From the NCBI GenBank assembly GCA_034659095.1, contig JAYEGQ010000209.1, forward strand, positions 1 through 45,595: a stretch of 45,595 nt of DNA, read 5' to 3'. Source of the stretch: Thermotogota bacterium (lineage in GTDB: Bacteria > Thermotogota > Thermotogae > MWEM01). Of this stretch, positions 36,564 through 45,595 are shown one piece after another. The position numbers and the translations under genes were made by a program. How positions within the stretch are numbered: the stretch's first letter is position 1; every line of letters starts with the position of its first letter. Below the pieces are notes generated by a model. That model ran no database searches, had not been told where the DNA came from, and worked only from the letters and a program-made list of their open reading frames with translations.

Positions 36564-39500
36564 ATGGTGAAGAAGATATTTTTTATCTTATTCCCGGTTA
36601 TTGCAGCTATCGTTATCGCCCTTATTTCTTGTCAATTTATGGTATCCACTCCAGAATTGCCTGTATTGAAAACGCCTGGGGACAAGGCGGGGGATGTATC
36701 TTTAAAGCCATCATTTGAGTGGGGTAAAGACACAAAGCGTGAAGATACTTCCTATTCGTTGAATTTATACAGGATAACTGATGGGGGGACAGAATTAATA
36801 TCAACAGTTGAAGACGTTGAAGGGGCGCAATACACAATTTTTCAGGAGCTTAATCCTTCTGAAAAATATGCTTGGGAGATTGTTTACGAAACAAAAAATG
36901 ACAAGACCGGAAGCTCAGGTCTGCATACGTTTACCACCAGGAAACTGGCGGATCTTTCTTTTTCAATACCTGATTCAACAGTGAGGGAAAATAACACCAT
37001 CAACATCGACTTGAACCGTTTTTTAGAGGATAAAGAAAATCGACAAGTCAGTTTTGAGTTGCTATCCGGACCAGGGAGAATCGTTGATGATATCTACACC
37101 TATGAACCCGGATACGATGGCGCCGGCGCATGTGTTGTTGAAATTGCAGCAAAGGATCCTTATCGTGAGATAAAGACTACATTTGAATTAATCGTAAAAG
37201 ATGTGTATCGCCCACCTGTTGTAAAAAACCTTCAAGAAACATATCAGGTGAATCAGGGTCAACAAATTTCCGTTGATCTCAGAAATAAAATCGAAAATCC
37301 TGATTCCAACCCCTTAAAATTTAAAATAGCACAAGGACCCGGAGAAATCCGGGATGGCGTCTATTACATCCAACCTGATTTTTCGGAAAAAGGAAGACAA
37401 CAAGTGAAAATCATAATCGAAGATCCCGCCACACAATTGGAGATTGACTTTCATGTGGTGATTAATGAGGTGAATCGAAGTCCTTCATTTGGTTTTATTC
37501 CAGTGCAAAAAGAACGAGAGAATGAAAAGGTTGAAATTGATTTAAAAGAATACGTTACCGATCCCGATGGCGATTCCTTGACTTTTTTAAAAACGGGTGG
37601 ACCCGGTCAAATTTCAGCTGATGGTCTCTTTACATGGCAACCGGATTATGATACCAACGGTGATTATACAGTTGATTTCAAATTTAGTGACGGTGTAAAC
37701 CTGGTCAATGACAGCTTCTTGTTAACGGTTGAAAATGTGAACAGAAAACCGGTTGAAGAAAAGGATATGGGAAAAACATCTTATGAATTGAAAGAAGGAG
37801 AACCATTTAGAATAGACCTTTCGAAACAATACACCGATCCGGATGATGATCTTTTGACTTTTAAGCTCATTAAAGGTCCCGGTGCGATTAAAGACGGACA
37901 ATACACGTACCTTCCGGATTTTGATTCACAGGGGGAAAGTGAAATAGTCGTTGAGATCAGGGACGGCAAAGATACACTACTTAGCCGATACACATTTGAT
38001 GTAAAAAATGTCAACAGAAAGCCCGATCTCAGCCTTGAAACCAATTCAGTCAGTAATGCTTCCATAACAAGAGATGCCTTTAAGATTGATTGGGAATCAT
38101 CAGACTTGGACGGAGAAAAGCTTACTTATAATATTTATTTTGGCGAGAATGAATCACCAAATCTTTGTGCAACAAACTTAAAATCGACAAGCTGGTCACC
38201 ATATGAAACCGGTATCAAATTAAAGCCTAATCAAGAATATTTCTGGCAAGTGGAAGTAGTGGATGAGTCGGGTTCAAAGACCATCTCTGAATTACAAACC
38301 GTTGTGTTGGAAAACAGTCCGCCTAAAAGACCGTTGATAACGACTAAAGAACACGAAGAAAAGGCCATTGGAATGCCTTACAAGTTAGAATGGGTCTCTT
38401 CTGATGATGACGATGCCTTGGGACATACATATGATATCTTTTGTGGTGAAAGTACGAATACAATGCAATTAATTGCAAGCAACATCAATCAGGAATCATT
38501 CATATTAGACGATCTTCAACAGGGGAAAGAATATTTCGTGAAAATAAGGGTAAAAGACCCTCATGGCGCAACCAACGAATCAGATGTCTTTTCATTAAAG
38601 GTTAAATTGCCGCCCGAGCCACCTGAGTCTATAGCGCAAGAATATTATGAAGAACCAATGCCTGCTACAAACGTTGTACTCAAGTGGAATATTCCTGTAG
38701 ATAAAGAGGATGAAATATTAACTTATGATATATATTTAGGAACTTCAAAAGATTCATTACAGCTGATAGAAAAAGATGCAACTGAAACAACCTATAAAGC
38801 ACAAGGATTAACGGGGGGGACCAATTATTATTGGCAGGTTATTGTTAAGGACGAATACGGAGAAAAGGTACCCGGACCGGTTTGGGATTTTGAAACAAAG
38901 TTTGGAGCAGGTTCCCAACTATGGTCTTATCCGGTAAAATACGATATTCGTTCCAGTCCCGCGGTTTCCGATGACGGCATCATCTATTTTGGAGCAGATG
39001 ATGATTACCTCTATGCCATCGACAGAGAAGGCCAACTGATCTGGAAATTTGATTGCGGCAATTTCATCTATCCCAGTCCCACGATAGGGCCTGATGGAAG
39101 GGTGTATATTGCAGCGGGTCATAAGTACATTTACGCCGTTGATCAAACAGGCAGTCAGCTATGGCGTAAAGAGATAACTTCCGGATGCTATTCCAGTCCC
39201 GCAGTAGACCAGAATGGAATCGTGTATATCGGGGATTCTTCAGGAATTTTGCATGCTATTTCACCATCAGGTGAAACGCTGTGGACTTACCAGGCGGCTG
39301 ATGAAATACGTTCCAGTCCTTCTGTGGGAAAATCCGGAACGATTTATTTTGGATCGGATGATCAATCCATTTACGCCTTGAACAGGGACGGGAGTCTAAA
39401 ATGGTCTTTTAAAACTGATGGATTTGTCCGTTCCAGTCCGGCTCTTGACGAAGAGGAAAGGGTTTATGTGGGTTCTTTTGACGGTAAACTCTATGTGCTA

Positions 39501-39947
39501 AACAAAAACGGTGCATTGATCTGGGAATATGATACCGGGTCACAGTTACGCTCAAGTCCGTCGATTTATCACGATGGTACCGTTTATATCGGTGCCTTTG
39601 ATGGTAAATTGTATGCTTTTGACCACCTGGGGAAGAAAAAATGGTCATATTCAATTGAAGAAGGTCCGTTCTGGTCATCCAGTCCGGCCATTGGAGAAGA
39701 CGGGACGATTTACATTGGAACATGGGAAAGGCAGATTCTGGCGATTGATGCGAAAGGTAACCTTAAGTGGCGACTGGAGACCGATGATTATATCAAATCC
39801 AGTCCAGTTATCGATGAAAATGGTGCACTGTATATCGGGACATACGGTGCTCAACTGCTGTCAATTGCAACGGACAGCAAAGGTCTTTCAACAGATTCTC
39901 CATGGCCCATGTTCAGAAAAGACGCGAAACACACAGCCTGCCAATAA
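36564..39947 (+). CDS. large surface lipoprotein: FN3-like, 4 cadherin/Ig-like, 3 FN3-like and 8-bladed PQQ/BamB-type propeller domains
   Basis: lipobox LISC; four GPG...PDFD...VNRxP repeats; three W...TYDIY.G...YYWQV repeats; eight SSPA....G.IY.G blades; C-terminal SPWPMFR. Confidence 0.85.
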   Translation: MVKKIFFILFPVIAAIVIALISCQFMVSTPELPVLKTPGDKAGDVSLKPSFEWGKDTKREDTSYSLNLYRITDGGTELISTVEDVEGAQYTIFQELNPSEKYAWEIVYETKNDKTGSSGLHTFTTRKLADLSFSIPDSTVRENNTINIDLNRFLEDKENRQVSFELLSGPGRIVDDIYTYEPGYDGAGACVVEIAAKDPYREIKTTFELIVKDVYRPPVVKNLQETYQVNQGQQISVDLRNKIENPDSNPLKFKIAQGPGEIRDGVYYIQPDFSEKGRQQVKIIIEDPATQLEIDFHVVINEVNRSPSFGFIPVQKERENEKVEIDLKEYVTDPDGDSLTFLKTGGPGQISADGLFTWQPDYDTNGDYTVDFKFSDGVNLVNDSFLLTVENVNRKPVEEKDMGKTSYELKEGEPFRIDLSKQYTDPDDDLLTFKLIKGPGAIKDGQYTYLPDFDSQGESEIVVEIRDGKDTLLSRYTFDVKNVNRKPDLSLETNSVSNASITRDAFKIDWESSDLDGEKLTYNIYFGENESPNLCATNLKSTSWSPYETGIKLKPNQEYFWQVEVVDESGSKTISELQTVVLENSPPKRPLITTKEHEEKAIGMPYKLEWVSSDDDDALGHTYDIFCGESTNTMQLIASNINQESFILDDLQQGKEYFVKIRVKDPHGATNESDVFSLKVKLPPEPPESIAQEYYEEPMPATNVVLKWNIPVDKEDEILTYDIYLGTSKDSLQLIEKDATETTYKAQGLTGGTNYYWQVIVKDEYGEKVPGPVWDFETKFGAGSQLWSYPVKYDIRSSPAVSDDGIIYFGADDDYLYAIDREGQLIWKFDCGNFIYPSPTIGPDGRVYIAAGHKYIYAVDQTGSQLWRKEITSGCYSSPAVDQNGIVYIGDSSGILHAISPSGETLWTYQAADEIRSSPSVGKSGTIYFGSDDQSIYALNRDGSLKWSFKTDGFVRSSPALDEEERVYVGSFDGKLYVLNKNGALIWEYDTGSQLRSSPSIYHDGTVYIGAFDGKLYAFDHLGKKKWSYSIEEGPFWSSSPAIGEDGTIYIGTWERQILAIDAKGNLKWRLETDDYIKSSPVIDENGALYIGTYGAQLLSIATDSKGLSTDSPWPMFRKDAKHTACQ

Positions 39948-39968
39948 TAATGAATCCAATCAAAAGTT

Positions 39969-39998
39969 AAAGGTGGACGATTCTGTCTGCCTTTTTTT
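39969..39998 (+). terminator. intrinsic terminator after the lipoprotein gene
   Basis: AAAGGTGGAC/GTCTGCCTTT stem followed by a T tract. Confidence 0.7.
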
Positions 39999-40015
39999 CA
40001 TATCGGAGTGATTGT

Positions 40016-40888
40016 ATGCTTGAAGTGAAACAGTTAAAGAAATATTATGGTAAACACCGGGGAATCGAACAGGTTAGCTTCAACATTTCAAAAGGTGAAA
40101 TATACGGACTAATCGGACCCAATGGTGCCGGAAAAACAACGACTATCAGAATCATACTGGATCTTTTGTCCGCTGATACTGGTGAGATTCATTTAGAAGG
40201 AAAGGTACTTCCAAAATACCTGAATAGTATGAAGCATAGAATCGGTTATTTACCGGGTGAGATTAACCTTTACCCTCAAATGCGGGTTTCCAGATTTTTG
40301 AAATACAACAGTAATTTTTACAAGACATACGATGAAAAATATGAAGATGAATTATGTGATGATCTAGGCTTAGATAAAAAGAAACGATTTAAAGAGCTCT
40401 CAATGGGTAACCGAAAAAAGGTAGGAATCATTCAGGCCTTGGTTCATAAGCCGGATATACTGATTCTTGATGAACCCACAAATGGGCTGGATCCCCTTCT
40501 TCAGAAGAATTTTTATACATTAGTGGAGAAGGAAAGAGAAAGAGGATGTGCCATTTTGTTTTCCTCTCATAATCTTCTTGAGGTTGAACGATTAAGTGAC
40601 AGAGTAGGGATTATAAAGGAAGGTGTCTTGATCAAAGAAATGTCCATCAATCAGCTTTCCGTATACACACAGAAAGTGATTACCGTTCATGGCTTGAAGA
40701 ATGGGGAACAATTAGAAAAATTCGAAAAAAAAGAATCATCAAATAGTGCCAAGAGCTTTTTGATAAAAAAGAGCGAATTAAAAGGCTTTTTGACAATATT
40801 AAACAAGTTGGATTACACGGATGTAGAGATCAAAAATCCAACTTTGGAGGAAACATTTATGGCTTTTTATGATAGAGAGGATAAATGA
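40016..40888 (+). CDS. ABC-2 type exporter ATP-binding protein
   Basis: GPNGAGKTT, LSMGNRKK signature, ILDEPTNGLD, FSSH. Confidence 0.93.
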   Translation: MLEVKQLKKYYGKHRGIEQVSFNISKGEIYGLIGPNGAGKTTTIRIILDLLSADTGEIHLEGKVLPKYLNSMKHRIGYLPGEINLYPQMRVSRFLKYNSNFYKTYDEKYEDELCDDLGLDKKKRFKELSMGNRKKVGIIQALVHKPDILILDEPTNGLDPLLQKNFYTLVEKERERGCAILFSSHNLLEVERLSDRVGIIKEGVLIKEMSINQLSVYTQKVITVHGLKNGEQLEKFEKKESSNSAKSFLIKKSELKGFLTILNKLDYTDVEIKNPTLEETFMAFYDREDK

Positions 40889-40889
40889 T

Positions 40890-41696
40890 ATGTTTTTAAA
40901 TATTTTTAGGAATGAAATCAGAAATAATTTTTGGTTTTTTCTTATCTGGTTTGGAGTATTCATCGGGTTCATTTTTATGTACTTGCCCATGACCAATCTT
41001 ATCTTAGATGAGATGGACGAGTTGATGAAATTTGTTGAAAAGATGCCGGAATTTCTACTTAAAATGTTCAACTTTGAACCTGAAGTCTTTTCAAAACCCG
41101 AAGGCATTTTTGGCTCAGAGGGAATGAGCTTTATCTATATACTATCAGCGGTATTTGCTGCTAATCTTGCAGGAGCAGTTTTTTCAAGAGAATTTGAGGA
41201 GAAAACCATCGAATTTCTTCTGGTAAAACCCGTGAGTCGGAGTAAAGTGTTTTTTGAAAAGGCAAGTTTTATGCTGATCTTGATAGTTTTGCTGAGTGTC
41301 TTCTTTACTATTTTTGAATTTCTTGGGTTCAAATGGTTTATAAGACAGGATTACAGCGAAAAAATCTTGTTGTCATTTGGCATATACACCTTCTGTGTTC
41401 TCGCTTTTTTTGGAGGCCTATCAACCCTGATTTCGTGTATCACAAAAAAAAGCAATTTAAATATCTCTATCTCTGTGGGTATTATCATCTTTATGTATTT
41501 TGGTGATTCACTCGGAAGAAGCTTTGAAAGTATATCTTGGCTTTCCAAAATGACCATTTTCCATTATATACCCTTAGCTGAAACGATTATAAATGAACGT
41601 ATGTATCTATCAAACGCCATTATCATATCGTTAATCGGTGTGTTGTTATTTATCGCAGGTTTCTTTGTTTTCAAAAAAAGTGATATTGAGATATGA
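40890..41696 (+). CDS. ABC-2 type exporter permease
   Basis: about six TM segments; SREFEEKTIEFLLVKPVSR; FKKSDI C-terminus. Confidence 0.88.
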   Translation: MFLNIFRNEIRNNFWFFLIWFGVFIGFIFMYLPMTNLILDEMDELMKFVEKMPEFLLKMFNFEPEVFSKPEGIFGSEGMSFIYILSAVFAANLAGAVFSREFEEKTIEFLLVKPVSRSKVFFEKASFMLILIVLLSVFFTIFEFLGFKWFIRQDYSEKILLSFGIYTFCVLAFFGGLSTLISCITKKSNLNISISVGIIIFMYFGDSLGRSFESISWLSKMTIFHYIPLAETIINERMYLSNAIIISLIGVLLFIAGFFVFKKSDIEI

Positions 41697-41730
41697 GGTG
41701 GGGGTGTCGGCGGGGGGGTCTAAATATTCC

Positions 41731-41776
41731 GAGGGGACAGGGTTAGCGATACGGGAATCGCTTCACCAGTCCCCTC
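41731..41776. repeat. long imperfect hairpin between convergent genes (REP-like or terminator)
   Basis: GAGGGGAC/GTCCCCTC outer stem and AGCGAT/ATCGCT inner stem; no U tract. Confidence 0.55.
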
Positions 41777-41784
41777 TTACTCTG

Positions 41785-43146
41785 CTACAAAACTGATTTT
41801 GTGGCCTTTTTAATGATCTTCGATAACGTTCGCCCAAGGGCGCTAAAGGATAGTTTTTCTTGAGCAATTTTGAAATTTTTGTTGACCATATCGTAATAGA
41901 TTCCTTCGCTTTTTAGAATTTCTATTGTTTTGGTTGCCGCATCTTCCAATTTTTTTCTTTCAACAGAAACGTAGTCTCTTTCGTTATCATCCCTTTGGGT
42001 GAATGTATGTCCCAAGGATACGTTTTTAAAACCAAAGGGCATAATATCAGTTTTGAAGACGGGATATTCAAAAATGATCATAGGTTTTTTGGCAAAAAGG
42101 CCTTCCAAATATTGATTTCCCCACCCCTCAAGAATGGATGGATAAGTGATAAAATCTGAAATCACATAGGCATCCCAAAGGGAGTATTTTTTGATGTCTC
42201 TGTGACTCCTTGTGGCACCAAATAAATGCTCCGCCCAAATGATTTTGACGTCTTCTTCATCGGCAAGTTTCTTTAAGAACGTGATGTAATCACTGTCCGT
42301 TTCAATGAGTCCCGGCATGAAAAGAAGAATTTGATCTTCATCTGTAAATTCTCGTCCATCATAAATGGTTCCTATCAGCTGCTGTTTTCTTTTTTTGATC
42401 TCTCCGATAGTTTCAATACCCAATTCGATGGCCTTTCTGGTGGCCACACGGGTGGCCTGCAAAAAGACAATGTCTTTTTCTCCAATCCCCAAATGTTCTC
42501 TAAGATCACGATTATAATCATCGAGAGTCCATTCCTGGGCATGAAAATCAAAAACATTGGGGACCACTACAGAATTGCACCCTTTTCGTTTCTTTAATTC
42601 AGCCTGTGCTATTTTGTTGATGACCACCTGTTGATAATTGTCTCCAAGGGGTGGATAATATTTTTCAAGTGCTTTTTCAACAAAATCACAGGTGGGATGA
42701 TTCATATGAGATCTTTCCCAATAGAAATCATGATTATGATTGATACTCATTAAATTGTGTTTTTCTATAAAATTGTAAAAGCCTATTGCCACCGGGATGC
42801 CTGTCCCCAGGGAAAAAATATTGTTAGGGATAATGATATCAAATGGGTCTTTTTCAAAGATTTCATCCAACTCTGATTCGATTTCTTTAGCTACACGGTG
42901 GAGTTCTTTATAGAAGACCTCTTCGCTATCATAATCATCTAAAGATTTATAGCTATTTCTTTCCCATTTCTTAAAGAAGTCTTTGTGCAAATCCATCTCT
43001 TTGATGTAATAATCTCCATAATCTGAAGTACCAGAAATAAATATGACCCGATGCCCCATGTTTTCAAAAACATGCTTCCATTTTTCCATTTCAAGGGAAA
43101 CACCGTCTGTTTCACCAACTCTAAAATGTGCCAGGGCAATTTTCAT
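41785..43146 (-). CDS. mggS: GT4 glycosyltransferase, mannosylglucosylglycerate synthase-like
   Basis: MKIALAHFR..DGVSLEMEKWK, PNNIFSLG, HDFYWER, QATRV..RKAIEL, YPSILEGWGNQ match my recollection of Thermotoga MggS. Confidence 0.75.
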   Translation of the reverse strand: MKIALAHFRVGETDGVSLEMEKWKHVFENMGHRVIFISGTSDYGDYYIKEMDLHKDFFKKWERNSYKSLDDYDSEEVFYKELHRVAKEIESELDEIFEKDPFDIIIPNNIFSLGTGIPVAIGFYNFIEKHNLMSINHNHDFYWERSHMNHPTCDFVEKALEKYYPPLGDNYQQVVINKIAQAELKKRKGCNSVVVPNVFDFHAQEWTLDDYNRDLREHLGIGEKDIVFLQATRVATRKAIELGIETIGEIKKRKQQLIGTIYDGREFTDEDQILLFMPGLIETDSDYITFLKKLADEEDVKIIWAEHLFGATRSHRDIKKYSLWDAYVISDFITYPSILEGWGNQYLEGLFAKKPMIIFEYPVFKTDIMPFGFKNVSLGHTFTQRDDNERDYVSVERKKLEDAATKTIEILKSEGIYYDMVNKNFKIAQEKLSFSALGRTLSKIIKKATKSVL

Positions 43147-43147
43147 C

Positions 43148-44263
43148 TCAATCCCACTCCCCTTGTTCCTTACGAATTCTATTTTCTGTTTCCGGGTTAA
43201 AGAACATGATTCGATCATGCTCAAAACCAATGTGGACAATTTCCCCAGGATATACTTTTGGGAAAGGTGGTGCGACTATTTTAACGATTTGATTATCCAA
43301 CTCAATAGCCACAATCTGATGTGAGCCTTGTGGTTCTGTGACCAATACTTCCCGAGAAAAGACTGACTCAGCTTTCTTTTCTTTGAAAACCTGCATGCTT
43401 TCAGGCCTGACTCCCATAACAACTTGTTTGCCCGAGAAATTCTTAAGGATCTCGTAATTCTCCCCTATAGGTTCAAAAGAAAAAGCACTGTTGATTAACA
43501 ATAGTTTCCCGTTCTTTTCCTGTAATTCCATCGAAAGAAAATTAGTGGGGGGAGTACCGATAAATCCTGCTACAAACATATCTTCACAATCAAAATAAAC
43601 ATCATCAGTTGTACCCACTTGGACAATGGAACCGTCTTTCATGACCACAATTCGATCGGCCATGCTCATAGCCTCTGCCTGATCATGGGTAACAAAAACC
43701 GTGGTGGCCTGAGTCTTTTTGTGGATGGCTTTCATTTCAGTTCGCATTTTAACCCTGAGCTTAGCGTCCAGATTCGACAGGGGCTCATCCATTAAAAAGA
43801 CTTTGGGTTGAACGACCAATGCACGAGCCAATGCGACTCGTTGCCGTTGTCCTCCTGAAAGCTGTCTTGGGAATCTTTGTAGATATTCACCAATTTTGGT
43901 TAAATCCGAAACATCCTTAACACTTTTTTCAATCTCCGAGGTTTGAAGTTTTTTCAGTCTTAAGGGAAAGGCGATATTATCGGAAACAGTCAAATGTGGC
44001 CAAACGGCATAACTTTGAAAGACCATGGAAATATCCCTTTTTCTCGGTGGGAGGAAGGTAATATCATTATCATCTATATAAATTATTCCCTGGGTAACCT
44101 CTTCAAGCCCCGCAATCATACGCATCGTAGTTGTTTTGCCACAACCGGAGGGACCTAGTAATACGATAAATTCCTTATCATTTACTTCCAGGTTGATATC
44201 TTTTGCCCCCCAAACGGTTTTACCGTATCGTTTTGAGAGATTTTTAAGTTTAAGTGTCGCCAT
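43148..44263 (-). CDS. carbohydrate ABC transporter ATP-binding protein (MalK-like)
   Basis: GPSGCGKTT, LSGGQRQRVALARA, MDEPLSNLDAKLR, VTHDQ. Confidence 0.95.
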   Translation of the reverse strand: MATLKLKNLSKRYGKTVWGAKDINLEVNDKEFIVLLGPSGCGKTTTMRMIAGLEEVTQGIIYIDDNDITFLPPRKRDISMVFQSYAVWPHLTVSDNIAFPLRLKKLQTSEIEKSVKDVSDLTKIGEYLQRFPRQLSGGQRQRVALARALVVQPKVFLMDEPLSNLDAKLRVKMRTEMKAIHKKTQATTVFVTHDQAEAMSMADRIVVMKDGSIVQVGTTDDVYFDCEDMFVAGFIGTPPTNFLSMELQEKNGKLLLINSAFSFEPIGENYEILKNFSGKQVVMGVRPESMQVFKEKKAESVFSREVLVTEPQGSHQIVAIELDNQIVKIVAPPFPKVYPGEIVHIGFEHDRIMFFNPETENRIRKEQGEWD

Positions 44264-44280
44264 AAGCCCAGCTCCTTTTT

Positions 44281-45594
44281 TTAGACTTTTACTCCGCCCC
44301 ACATCTGCAGGATGTATTTTCTAATGAGAATGGTAAACAAAACAGCAGGTAATGCCATGGTAACACCACCAGCGGCAATGAGATTCACCATCCCCTTTGC
44401 GCCAACCATGGTTTGATACACCACCACCGGAAAAGTAGGGTTGAATTGTGTCAAAACAATGGCCTGTGCGGTTTCCGCCCAACTTCCTATAAAGGCATAC
44501 ATAGCGCTGGCTGCCAGTCCAGGTAAGGCCAGAGGTAATGTAATGTGAATGAAAGCACCCACTGGTGTTCTACCAAAGACCTGTGCCGCTTCTTCCAATT
44601 CCACGGGTATCCCCATAAAGATACTGGCCGTGATCCATATGGTCAGAGCAATTTGCCCCACTGAATAAACCAGCGATAAACCAATAGGTTTGTCATAAAA
44701 CCCCATTTCAGCCAGGATAATGACCATGGGCATGGCAATGGCTATCCCGGGAAACATTCTTACAAAAAGAGTACTCAATTTTAGGATAGTTTTTCCTTTG
44801 AAAACATATCTGGCAAAGGCATAACCGGACATCCCACCAATGGTTAAGGCTATGAAAACCGTTATCAATGCAACCTCGATACTTCTTATCAAGGCCGGTA
44901 TGGAATCTCTAGTCACCTTAAAGAAAGTCACATAATTGGCAAAGAGATTCTTGAAAACCCTGAAATTCGTTGAATTAAGTGGTGTGAGCTCTGTCTTTTT
45001 TTCTTCTATTTCAACTGTGACATTCTCCTTTTCAGTTTCATACTGTATTAAATCCGATCTTAATTGTTTCTCAACGGCTTCCATGGATTCTCGACCTTCA
45101 ACGATTGACAAATTGCGTTTTGCCTTAATAATATTTTGATTCAGAGCCAGGACATTCTTTTCCAGACTGCTGATTTCTTCCGTTAAAGCATTGATTCTGT
45201 CACTATTTGTTTCATAAAGGGTAGTAACCTCTGTAATCGCTTCATTGAGTTTTCCTTCAGTTACGTTGCAATTCGTTTTGTTCCTTAAAAATTCACTCAT
45301 TTGATCTATTTTCGATCCTTGAATTAGCGAAACATATTCCTCCTGTGAACGGGAATAAACACTGATCAAATATTCAGATGTCCCCAACACTGGTTCAATC
45401 TTAAATTCACCTTGGAATGACAAACCCAAAGGAATAGGCCAGTCATAGGCCTCCTGGTCCGACATGAATGAAATTGACAAAAGAAAATAAATGGGGAGTA
45501 AAATCACAATGATGATAAAGACAATGAACATATAAAAGATGGTTCTGCCGATGAGCTTTTTAGTTTGCTTTGCTTTGAGATCCTTATGACTCAT
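44281..45594 (-). CDS. carbohydrate ABC transporter permease (MalG-like) with a large extracytoplasmic coiled-coil insertion
   Basis: GYAFARY, ELEEAAQVFG EAA loop, TLPLALPG; ~170 aa hydrophilic insert after TM1; start lies at the window edge. Confidence 0.88.
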   Translation of the reverse strand: MSHKDLKAKQTKKLIGRTIFYMFIVFIIIVILLPIYFLLSISFMSDQEAYDWPIPLGLSFQGEFKIEPVLGTSEYLISVYSRSQEEYVSLIQGSKIDQMSEFLRNKTNCNVTEGKLNEAITEVTTLYETNSDRINALTEEISSLEKNVLALNQNIIKAKRNLSIVEGRESMEAVEKQLRSDLIQYETEKENVTVEIEEKKTELTPLNSTNFRVFKNLFANYVTFFKVTRDSIPALIRSIEVALITVFIALTIGGMSGYAFARYVFKGKTILKLSTLFVRMFPGIAIAMPMVIILAEMGFYDKPIGLSLVYSVGQIALTIWITASIFMGIPVELEEAAQVFGRTPVGAFIHITLPLALPGLAASAMYAFIGSWAETAQAIVLTQFNPTFPVVVYQTMVGAKGMVNLIAAGGVTMALPAVLFTILIRKYILQMWGGVKV

Positions 45595-45595
45595 T

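Noticed and set aside
38920-39860. Recurring TCCAGTCC words suggesting CRISPR repeats or DGR template/variable repeats
   Set aside because: They encode the SSP motif of propeller blades at ~120-bp spacing; there are no long identical repeats and no cas or reverse transcriptase gene
419-45139. Many antisense or nested ORFs in the track (e.g. 419-781, 28417-29064, 32260-32817, 39529-40011)
   Set aside because: They shadow well-supported genes and have no RBS or recognisable motifs

Overview
AT-rich bacterial chromosome segment, most likely Thermotogota (inferred from an MggS-type glycosyltransferase beside a sugar ABC transporter, a cheR-ftsY-DUF2225-LysM run and an FN3/cadherin/PQQ surface lipoprotein). 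Most of the window is housekeeping: glpX, rex-proS..yebC..cheR-ftsY, rpsO, tRNA-Cys, tig-clpP-clpX, hemW, smpB, rlmD. The best candidate for a new system is at 30.1-33.9 kb. It is a SiaA/SiaB/SiaC-type partner-switch module whose fourth gene is a hybrid histidine kinase (HisKA-HATPase-REC-Hpt) with a SiaD-like N-terminal stalk, not a SiaD diguanylate cyclase. This copy appears to be decaying: siaA has deletions, and siaB has an A7 frameshift and a G-box change. Also notable are a tandem, diverged IscS/IscU double pair (one IscU fused to a DUF59-like domain), a Rex operator over the rex promoter, a structured rpsO leader, three small gene remnants, IS/REP-like scars and local A+C versus G+T strand-skew hot spots around intergenic G/C-run motifs. 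No CRISPR array, rRNA or intact transposase was seen. All family calls come from motif recognition, not database searches.
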